A stretch of 64,000 nt of DNA from a virus: positions 32,001 through 96,000 of IMG/VR virus record IMGVR_UViG_3300036715_001865. One strand, written 5' to 3'. Made by a program: the position numbers and the translations under genes. Positions 52,901 through 61,274 of the stretch are shown one piece after another. Positions within the stretch are counted from its first letter, which is position 1. Every line of letters begins with the position of its first letter. The notes under the pieces were generated by a model, which saw nothing but the letters and a program-made list of their open reading frames with translations, did no database searches and had not been told where the DNA came from.

Positions 52901-55900
52901 AACCATTTATATGGATACAGAAGTGATAAGACTAATAGTGTTGGAAAGTATTGGTTTTGTCCATTAACTTCAAAGTTAATGTTCATGGATAGACATGCGT
53001 GGCGCAACAGTATTATCGTAACCTTGAGTGATGGAAGTACGGTGTTAAGAGCACCAATTGTTAGTGCTATTGAACCGTCAGTTGCGTTATTAGAAAAATC
53101 TATGTGGTACAACACTGAAACAAATGTGTTACATATTCGCAATAGCTCAAATACAGCTTGGATAAACGGCCCATCAGTTATAGTGAATGATATTGATCCA
53201 TCATTGAGAACCATATGGAGACATGGTATAAACAATGAACAATATGTTCCAAAATATGTTGATAAAAATAGAACTGAAGTGGCTATTGGGGCACCAAATG
53301 GTAGTTGGGAAATTCCTGATCAATGGTTTTTCAATCCAGAGCACAAAAATAACAAAACGGTTAAATATTCACAATTACTAACACATTTTTCTTCTATAAT
53401 AGAAAAACAGCAAACCACTCTAGGTTTAATTGGAGGTGGGGTATTCACAAAAGTACAAGCTGAATATAATTATGGTGTTGGTGGGACAATTAAGGAACTA
53501 AATGGAGCATTTGATACTCTTATTTCAGCAATTAATGTTACTAATGTTACTCCTGTTGGAGTAATGGAATATGCTGCTGCCGAATATAATTCAAACCTTC
53601 GATTTGTTCGAGATTTATTCAACAGATCTATTGTAGATTTGTTTAGGTCATATGTGGTTGAAGGAGCAGAATCGTTTTCTAGCTATGTAACAAAAAGTGT
53701 CATATTTGCATATGAAGATAATGATTACACGGCATCTGTATATGGTGATACCACTGCATATGATGAAGTTACAAAAGAAGGGGTAAAAAATTGGATTGCA
53801 ACTGCTCCTATGTTTGGACTAGCTCCAGCCTTTGTCCCACATGTGTTGAATGATGGACAATTCGTCCAAGTGTTTCATCATGATGGCCACAGAACTAACA
53901 TTAACTATACATTAGCAGAAGAAGATGCGGTAGCTAGAAAAATTATATCATTATCAGACCCTAGATACGTGGGATATAAATTAGGTGCACTAGGTGCGTC
54001 CAACCCACCACAAACTGAACAAGAGTTTATAACTATGTTCGGTGGTGAAATTAGATCAGGGGTTTGTTGGTATGATACACAATCTCCTCGAAAATTTTAT
54101 AGATGCAATGTATATTCTGTAGGAGCAGTACATCCATCATTTTATATGGATGGTAAAGAAATTGCGGATGGTATATTATATTACAATACTATAGCCCACT
54201 GTACTTTTAAAAAAATAGGACTAAGCTGGGTAGCTGAAACTGTACCGGGTTCATATGAGTTATCACCAATATGGGCAATAGTTAGTTTTGAAGAATTATT
54301 AGGTGATTTGTATTTGGAATTGGAAACTAGATTGTATGCTAGATGTAAAAACATTAAACCTGTGTATAACTATGCAACTCTAACACCAACTCCAGCTGAG
54401 TCTGTGGTGTTTCAATCTAATTATAGAAAACGATTTGATGAATATACAGTTAATCATTCGGTGCCTGCACCATTAATAAACACACAATATAGACAAATTG
54501 ATGCATTTACGTGGAATTATGTAACTAGCACCATTGTAAGTGCTCCTCATGCTGGAATTGTACCAACAAATTCAGTTTGTTGGCAATCATTGTATACTAA
54601 TTGGTTCGGTACTTCATATCCACATTTAGAACCTTGGAAATTACAAGGGTATTTGAATAAACCAACTTGGTGGGATGCTGAATACTTAGAGTCAACAGTT
54701 GTGAAAAATTGGACACCAAACACACACTATAATACAAATGACAATTTTGTTCATGTTGGGACGAGATATAAAGTTGTAGTATCATATACTTCAGGACCTA
54801 CTTTTGATGTTATAGATGTGGCGAACACCACTACTATAATCAGAAGATGGAAATTTACATATGCCCCTACTAGTACATCTATTGGTATTGGGATGTGGGA
54901 AAACATTCGCAGTGGACAGGTTCCTGTAGGAAGAACATATCCTAATGGAATCATAAGCACAGGAAATTCATACTTAGATGGTCAACAGTTGCAAACATAT
55001 TTGTATTTTGGAGTTAATATTTCAAATAATACAATATCAGGAGGATATACTCCTGACCAACTATTGCCACCATATTATTTAACCAATGATGTTCATATTC
55101 GTTCATTATTCAATTCAATGGTACAAATAAATGCCCCTGATGCTGATTATGTGTTTGGTGATAGTAGTCCAATTGAGTGGCAATGGACTGTGTCTGCTCA
55201 ATATGCATATGATACACCAATAATTGCATTTATCATGCAACCAGTTAATTTTTTACATGCTGCATTTGGGCCAAGATATTCTACAGCTGATTTATTAGAG
55301 GTAGATATTGCATTTGGCCAAGTGTATAGCCATGTGGATACTATGTTTCATGGTGACATGTATAACACCAATCAAGTATATAAAGCTCCAGGGTTGAACC
55401 AATGGTATGTTAATTATAATAGATTTGCAGGGTATGATACAAATGGTGAGTTTAGAGAATTGTGGGTTGGTTGGAAACCATTGTTGACATACCGATTCAA
55501 TGGAATAGTTGATACTGGCACATTAGATGTGTCAAATAAACATTTTAGTTTAATAGACCAAGATTACAATGTAATACTGGCTAATAATGGCGCATTTAAG
55601 GAAATGTGGGTTGATGCGTTCAATGTAAGTGTTGTTGGTATACCACCTGCAATTATTCAATACAATAACCAAGGTAAATGGAAAATGGAAATCAGTAGTT
55701 TGGCAGATATTGCAAGAGATATCTACTACTATGATGTAAAAGCATATCCATTTGTTGTAGACACCACATCAAATGAATGTTATGCATATCGATACACAAT
55801 TACTAATATCGACCAATCAGCTAAACGGTTGTATGTTTCAGGAAACGAAACAGATATTTTTGTACATGGATCCACGGTGACCGTTGCTAGATCTACATCT

Positions 55901-58900
55901 CTAAATGGTAATTATACGGTAGTATCATCTGTTTATGAAGCTAGTGTGGACAGAACAAGAATAAATGTGGCAGAACTGCTTCCAAGTTCATTGGTCGATG
56001 GGGTTGTGTATGTGTCATCATTTGCATTGCCTTGGTCTACTGGGGATATGGTAGTTCTAGGTTCAGACAAAGGATTACCAGCTCCATTAGTACCCAACAC
56101 TCCATATTATGTGGTAAATGTTGGCAATCAAACATTCAAACTAGCAGAAACTTTTAATGATGCATTGATGGGCATTACTATAGATATTACTACTAATGGT
56201 ATGGGCATACACACTGTTGCTGAAATAGTAAGCTCCTTCTTAGTATTTGGTGGTGATGGGCATTCAAAAGAAACTTGGTTCCATTACACATTAGATAAAA
56301 GTAGAATACTTAAGATGGCTGCTCCACAGGTATTAAATGGAATGCAAACCCTTATTAATATAATTGATGGATATGCAGAATATCAGCGTGATCAAGGTAT
56401 AATTTTGGACTCTGCTGACTCTAACGATTTTGATCCAAATAGTGGTAGATTAGTTAATTGGTCTTTAGAAACTGAACGTTTTATTAATTGGGCGTATGGA
56501 TTAAGAAGATCCAGAATGAATGTTAGTGATAGATATGAGTTTAGTGTCAACACAACTGACAATACAATAACTGCAATTGATTCAATCCCAATTTGGGTAA
56601 GTGGAACTGCGATTCAAGTATCTACAACTGGGTCTTTGCCAAGTCCATTGTATGCACCTGACGTGTACTATATTGTACAAACATCTGTACCAGGTGTATT
56701 TAAATTATCAGCATCTCGTGACACTAGCTACCCAGCTTTTCACATCGACTTGCTTACTCAAGGAAGTGGACATTTTTATGTAGCAACCAAAACACTGTTG
56801 GTAAGTTATCCAACTTTTGAAATAAACCCTGCTAGAAATAATATTTGGTTAGATACTCCTGAGGGAGTGTTGTCTAATGTTGTTAGTGGACCATATACTG
56901 ATATCAGAGTGCGTCAAACTATATTTGACCAATATGGTAGACCAATGGGAGCAGATAAATTAATTGTTAACCGTCAAGATAAACGAAATAGAGTATCTGT
57001 GATTCCACAAATAACAAACGATGTTGATTTATTTTACACCGACGACCCTTATAATTATATTCACTTGGGTGGAGGCCATTTCTTCTTAGAAGGGTACGAA
57101 CATTTTATTATATTTAATCCGTATACTGTTGGTGGGGCATTGGTGTATGATTCATTTTTAGGACTAAATTCAAAGAAATTTGAAATGGATTTCTTTAAAA
57201 AAGCAGAATATAACTTGAGACCAACACTTGGAGGATATTTCTTAGATGGACACAAATTCACAAGAAATATTGAAGGTGCTGCTACAGACTTACAAGAGTA
57301 TTATGATGTATATGCTGGTTCTGAAAATACAACAACTAAACATTTATCAAGAGCATTGTTAGGATATACAGGTACTACTGATTATATGAATTTGTTGAAT
57401 GTTAATTCAAAATCACAGTTCATATTCTACCGTGGAATGTTACATGCAAAGGGTTCTGTTGCAAGTATTCTAGCATATATTAACTCTCGTCATTTTGTTG
57501 ATGCTAGTATTGATGACTATTGGGCTGTTAAAATAGCTGACTTTGGTGATAGTAGAATTCGGGTATACCCAGAAGTGTTAATCCACGCTGAAGATGAAGT
57601 GGTTGACGATGTGCGATTGGAATTTGTAGGTTTGTATGATGATCCAAATAGAGAGGATGTTATTGATGCAACCACAAATAAAGGGTTTAATTTGGTAACA
57701 TTTGGAGATGATTCTAGGTGGAATAATTTTCCTGAGCAACGAGCTGAAATCATTCAACCTCTATTTTTAGATGCTGAAGTGTCTGATATAACTAGAATTT
57801 TGGTAGCTCCAGTTCCTCCATCTTCAATGAAAAGTACTGATTTTGAATATTGGTTTAATCTATCAGATTGGTCATTGAGAATGTGGAATGGTGTTGATTG
57901 GAGCACATTAGTTAAAAATAAGATTCAGTTTGATGGAGATTATATGTATTGGAAACACAATAAACCGTGTGATGATGTGCGTATGTTCCGTAAAAATATC
58001 AGATTGGCTTCTACACCAGTTGAAATACGATATGCACACGCTACTGCCTCAACATTTGTGGTTGGTGGAGATTTATCTGCAAGTATGTATGCCACAGCTG
58101 TTATTGAAGTATTAGGCACTGCACTGAATAATGGACAGTATCCAATTTTGGGATCGGTATATGATAACGTAACTAATACCACAACAATTACAGTTAATAA
58201 ACCAGTTGCAGCTGATCAAGGGAACGGTGGAACTATTATTAGATTAACCAATGTATCAATTATCAATGCGTTTGCTCACGATGCAGCAGTTAATTCACCA
58301 AACACTTTAACAATATTTGGGGATGTGTCATCAAGTATATACATTGGAACAAATATCACTATATCCAACAGTGTGGCAAATAATGGTACTTATCTTGTTA
58401 AGAGTTCAGTGTATGATACTATATCAAAAAACACATTAGTATCCATGGATGATACAACACCATTGTTGTATACAGAAATTGGTGGAACCGTGTCTTATAT
58501 TAATATTGATTTTGATATGTACGAGACTATTCCACTAAATCCTCCAGATACTGGTATATATCATTATGAGGCTGTTAATTCTAGTGTTGTAAGATTGGAT
58601 CAATTGGAATTTTATGATATTATTACCATTTATTCAATATCTCCATCACCACACAAGATTAATCCTGCAAAATTAGTGGACAAAAAGACAAATGTGGTTC
58701 AAGAACAGATACCATTATGGCACCCTGCGTTTGGAATCCATGATTATAGATCTGCTCACAATATTGATATTACATCATCTATTGATCCATCTGTATATTC
58801 AACAACATTAAATCTTACTGACAACAGTGGCCAAGTCTGGAATTTTTCCAACGTGGGAACTATTTGGTATGATACATCTAGTGTTGGATATGTGCCTTAT

Positions 58901-61264
58901 TACGACAAAACTATTTTTCCTGATATTAATAATAGGTTATATAAATGGGGAGAATTAGCTGATTATGGTGATATTCACGTATATCAATGGGTACAATCAT
59001 CCACTCCACCTTCACAGTGGGATGTAATAGCAGCTAAACAACAAGGTGATATTTCTATTCCTAAAAAGGAAAAGATAACTGGTACGGCGAAACAATCATT
59101 ATTTAAAAGAACTCGCACAATAACAGATGGCACTATTCATTTTGGTATACCTGCAATCGTGTCGGTTCCATATGGAACTGTACGGAGTGGACAGTTAGTA
59201 TTCTTTACCTCAACTGCAACCTTGCCAACTATTTTACAGCACCAAAATGAATTTGTGCTTACAACAGTTGGTTCTGGAAATCCACAAACTTTTAAATTGG
59301 TGGATCCTGTTAGTGGAGAAGATGTTACAGATTTGGTTGGAACTAGTTTTCCTGGAACGGTTATAAACAGTGGCTCACCAAATCACCCAATTCATACCAT
59401 CAAAACTCGGTTAGAATCTGTGGTGGTTGGTGATGTTTTAACTTTTTCAACTGTTGCTAATGGGGTATTTCCTATGGGAGCTGCTAGTGTTCCAGTTGCA
59501 TCAACAGGATACCAAGAAGCTATATTCACCACATTTAAAACTGATAACTCATTTACTCAATTAGCTAATGATGCAACGTTATATACAGCATCAATCAATG
59601 TTAATGGAACAATTGTTCCAGTTTCCTTAGAAGGGTTAGCAGTTCAAACTATTGGAGATTTAGTTGATCAATTGTCTACACTTTTACTTAGTGTTGCCAC
59701 AGTTAGTGTGGTAAATGGTAATATTAGAATTACGGCAACATCCACATCTAGCCTGGTTACTATCACTGATGGGAACTTGTTTAAATCTATATCAGGTTTT
59801 TGGTTTATAAATGTGATAGGTAATATTAGTTCTGAATACACCATTAGAAACATCATTAATACCAGTAGCCAACAAACGTTTGAGATTAACACATTTAGTA
59901 ATACACCAATTAATATATTGGTTCCTGAAATCGGGTCATTAACTATAACTAATGTGGTTAAACAGGTTACTGTTGTGCCAAAATTTGAAACTGGGGCATG
60001 GGAGAAACAAGTAATTGCAAAACAACAAATTATAGGAGCTTGGTTGAGTAGCACAACAAATGTAGACCCACTTATTCATTGGGAATATTCAACAGGAGAT
60101 GATTTGTGGTATGATCAAGATGAGGTGTCTGTATACTTAAATGGTGTATATATTGGACAAAGTGTTGTATCATACAATCCAATTCAGTTTAGATTTGAAG
60201 TTAGTACTGTTGGGTTTGGTATGACAGTTAATACTTACGATTATATTGATGTTGTAAGATTGTTCCATACTTTAACAAAAGAAGAGCAGGCGTTTGATCC
60301 AGATGTATCTGATGATGGTATTACCACAGTACATTGGAAATTTGATTATGAATTTTCACAAAGTGTGGTATCGGTAAATCTAGCAGGTTCTCAACAAACT
60401 CATTACTATTTTTGGGTAGAACATTCAACTATTGCACCAAATGCTGTGGATAGTATGTCTATTGGAGAGTTGTCTAATACTTTACGTATAATTGATAGTC
60501 CGTACTTAATAGTACAGAAGCCAATGGATGGGGACAATATGTTGTCGTTGTATGGATATGATAGAACTGACTATGGGGTTATATGGGATATGCACGAACC
60601 CAATGATGTGGTAGCAGATGCTACAAATATAATGTACCGCGAAGCTATTATTAGAAATATTGCAACTTTTGTGAATGATAACAGCAAATACATGATCCAG
60701 TTTACAAGAGACTTAGCTTTACGTGATACCTTACCAACAATATATAGCCAGATGAATATTAAAAATAAACATCAAGAATGGTTAATGTTTAGGGAGAAAC
60801 AATCTAACAATATTCCACAATTCTTGTGGGATAAATTAGTTGAGTCCCTAACAGGTCAATCATTGGTGGACATGAGTCCAATTCCATCATTAGACAGAAG
60901 ATTGTATGATGATAAGTATGGAACAAATACACAATATGGGTTATTAGAAGGTCAGTCTTTCGTGGATAAGACCCTAGGAATTAAAACTTTAATGAGTTAC
61001 TTGTTGGATCCAACTCATGATTTTTCACCTATTGATATCAATGATTTCTTTATGCGACATGATTTTACAACCACTGTTGGTATTAAATCAATATTAACTG
61101 AGATATATGATACATTTGGGTCAGAGCATGTTAATAGTATTTGGTTTGAAACCCTGCAAGATGCTTTATCAACAAAAGATAAATACAAAGGACTGATGAA
61201 AACTTCTTGGGTTGCACTTCGTGGTGTCCGTGTTTTGGAAGTAAATGGAATGTTTGACGAATAG
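49913..61264 (+). CDS. Giant (3783 aa) baseplate wedge/structural protein, gp7-like position
   Basis: Uninterrupted 11.35-kb ORF after gp6, with a late promoter and beta-rich repeated modules. Confidence 0.75.
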   Translation: MANNKYSDHNKSQINFGGYIPGVYHSDVNDTMTDVVFDRYFTKDDTVQVTGFVGTGNPTALINRQIQEVSYDTHDLAHRQAYQLAPTIYNKVGTVETSMSFQNFLTQLELQGVEINRLPIWGAATTFNWVPPINIDMLVNYQDYFWDGETFADTPQYFTIENVCNKSTDKLTSYNMLMQQRGIHVSIVSVDFATNSFNIHGKWDNIFVLDYSFRTSLSSTPNLDNKNWKTTNVVYDNMGDNTKVTVQEQIAPTVQPTSPILGDWWFNSTTNNLFIWSGTVWNEYTDSIMSQVVIPALFVVEGISFDTNAFIINGKQDDIFAPGFVFVTKDSNNSNLQQKYWTVYSVHFDEITNKTTVFTAESLALRSETPPSSPTFIGQWWYNPVTKVLSAWNGTTWTAVSKNVIVNISLAELMVIFQSQLNCKCQHERGWDIGQWDDNSIGNVAWNTNLLATISFGAESEWMIYNTNHPETEMVVSGVIQPLSLWYDTTTNNLYQFGDIIHQSPSSIDYSPIWNKVAANFSAVLQLTTSQENWDYSMDCDVQTLNQWSSQNDWQHKTAINTFANVKRAQLPIFEYDSQLELNEWTKFTHKWKYRHDPAGTFIPTSVSPSRLELEPIKAYRVAVIGTSWYIYLFDNQLSTSVNVNLTDLFVPGYKFRVVDDIGSSSVFTVEWSEFRSLVNATDPRLVSDSMATVVKIKETIFNASSVGGGITNTRIVPNTTSIGDIWNGYHMHWCLDVNATTSVATQPQPLDIFKADITSSYQAVIGNPDLVGFLPQVAAVNIGKSFQEIVVDIDGVDIIDLVPTLKYNPTKARPYAIVGSGMLRVYINGIRQYGTYDEIPTTAVMNYTAVGISVVTNTEFQFVAGVQFKPTITIHIGDVVRMEVGVASFNDMGVYSVPVRTIEDNEQFATFVGSGLQPTYQSMSQYGLLEQVKTSVNQYPQFNIYNIVTGDVVLSSPIITFKESPTVPVNRSVQRRIVTSGDDFEFEQHLLDDNDNHLYGYRSDKTNSVGKYWFCPLTSKLMFMDRHAWRNSIIVTLSDGSTVLRAPIVSAIEPSVALLEKSMWYNTETNVLHIRNSSNTAWINGPSVIVNDIDPSLRTIWRHGINNEQYVPKYVDKNRTEVAIGAPNGSWEIPDQWFFNPEHKNNKTVKYSQLLTHFSSIIEKQQTTLGLIGGGVFTKVQAEYNYGVGGTIKELNGAFDTLISAINVTNVTPVGVMEYAAAEYNSNLRFVRDLFNRSIVDLFRSYVVEGAESFSSYVTKSVIFAYEDNDYTASVYGDTTAYDEVTKEGVKNWIATAPMFGLAPAFVPHVLNDGQFVQVFHHDGHRTNINYTLAEEDAVARKIISLSDPRYVGYKLGALGASNPPQTEQEFITMFGGEIRSGVCWYDTQSPRKFYRCNVYSVGAVHPSFYMDGKEIADGILYYNTIAHCTFKKIGLSWVAETVPGSYELSPIWAIVSFEELLGDLYLELETRLYARCKNIKPVYNYATLTPTPAESVVFQSNYRKRFDEYTVNHSVPAPLINTQYRQIDAFTWNYVTSTIVSAPHAGIVPTNSVCWQSLYTNWFGTSYPHLEPWKLQGYLNKPTWWDAEYLESTVVKNWTPNTHYNTNDNFVHVGTRYKVVVSYTSGPTFDVIDVANTTTIIRRWKFTYAPTSTSIGIGMWENIRSGQVPVGRTYPNGIISTGNSYLDGQQLQTYLYFGVNISNNTISGGYTPDQLLPPYYLTNDVHIRSLFNSMVQINAPDADYVFGDSSPIEWQWTVSAQYAYDTPIIAFIMQPVNFLHAAFGPRYSTADLLEVDIAFGQVYSHVDTMFHGDMYNTNQVYKAPGLNQWYVNYNRFAGYDTNGEFRELWVGWKPLLTYRFNGIVDTGTLDVSNKHFSLIDQDYNVILANNGAFKEMWVDAFNVSVVGIPPAIIQYNNQGKWKMEISSLADIARDIYYYDVKAYPFVVDTTSNECYAYRYTITNIDQSAKRLYVSGNETDIFVHGSTVTVARSTSLNGNYTVVSSVYEASVDRTRINVAELLPSSLVDGVVYVSSFALPWSTGDMVVLGSDKGLPAPLVPNTPYYVVNVGNQTFKLAETFNDALMGITIDITTNGMGIHTVAEIVSSFLVFGGDGHSKETWFHYTLDKSRILKMAAPQVLNGMQTLINIIDGYAEYQRDQGIILDSADSNDFDPNSGRLVNWSLETERFINWAYGLRRSRMNVSDRYEFSVNTTDNTITAIDSIPIWVSGTAIQVSTTGSLPSPLYAPDVYYIVQTSVPGVFKLSASRDTSYPAFHIDLLTQGSGHFYVATKTLLVSYPTFEINPARNNIWLDTPEGVLSNVVSGPYTDIRVRQTIFDQYGRPMGADKLIVNRQDKRNRVSVIPQITNDVDLFYTDDPYNYIHLGGGHFFLEGYEHFIIFNPYTVGGALVYDSFLGLNSKKFEMDFFKKAEYNLRPTLGGYFLDGHKFTRNIEGAATDLQEYYDVYAGSENTTTKHLSRALLGYTGTTDYMNLLNVNSKSQFIFYRGMLHAKGSVASILAYINSRHFVDASIDDYWAVKIADFGDSRIRVYPEVLIHAEDEVVDDVRLEFVGLYDDPNREDVIDATTNKGFNLVTFGDDSRWNNFPEQRAEIIQPLFLDAEVSDITRILVAPVPPSSMKSTDFEYWFNLSDWSLRMWNGVDWSTLVKNKIQFDGDYMYWKHNKPCDDVRMFRKNIRLASTPVEIRYAHATASTFVVGGDLSASMYATAVIEVLGTALNNGQYPILGSVYDNVTNTTTITVNKPVAADQGNGGTIIRLTNVSIINAFAHDAAVNSPNTLTIFGDVSSSIYIGTNITISNSVANNGTYLVKSSVYDTISKNTLVSMDDTTPLLYTEIGGTVSYINIDFDMYETIPLNPPDTGIYHYEAVNSSVVRLDQLEFYDIITIYSISPSPHKINPAKLVDKKTNVVQEQIPLWHPAFGIHDYRSAHNIDITSSIDPSVYSTTLNLTDNSGQVWNFSNVGTIWYDTSSVGYVPYYDKTIFPDINNRLYKWGELADYGDIHVYQWVQSSTPPSQWDVIAAKQQGDISIPKKEKITGTAKQSLFKRTRTITDGTIHFGIPAIVSVPYGTVRSGQLVFFTSTATLPTILQHQNEFVLTTVGSGNPQTFKLVDPVSGEDVTDLVGTSFPGTVINSGSPNHPIHTIKTRLESVVVGDVLTFSTVANGVFPMGAASVPVASTGYQEAIFTTFKTDNSFTQLANDATLYTASINVNGTIVPVSLEGLAVQTIGDLVDQLSTLLLSVATVSVVNGNIRITATSTSSLVTITDGNLFKSISGFWFINVIGNISSEYTIRNIINTSSQQTFEINTFSNTPINILVPEIGSLTITNVVKQVTVVPKFETGAWEKQVIAKQQIIGAWLSSTTNVDPLIHWEYSTGDDLWYDQDEVSVYLNGVYIGQSVVSYNPIQFRFEVSTVGFGMTVNTYDYIDVVRLFHTLTKEEQAFDPDVSDDGITTVHWKFDYEFSQSVVSVNLAGSQQTHYYFWVEHSTIAPNAVDSMSIGELSNTLRIIDSPYLIVQKPMDGDNMLSLYGYDRTDYGVIWDMHEPNDVVADATNIMYREAIIRNIATFVNDNSKYMIQFTRDLALRDTLPTIYSQMNIKNKHQEWLMFREKQSNNIPQFLWDKLVESLTGQSLVDMSPIPSLDRRLYDDKYGTNTQYGLLEGQSFVDKTLGIKTLMSYLLDPTHDFSPIDINDFFMRHDFTTTVGIKSILTEIYDTFGSEHVNSIWFETLQDALSTKDKYKGLMKTSWVALRGVRVLEVNGMFDE

Positions 61265-61274
61265 AGGATACTAC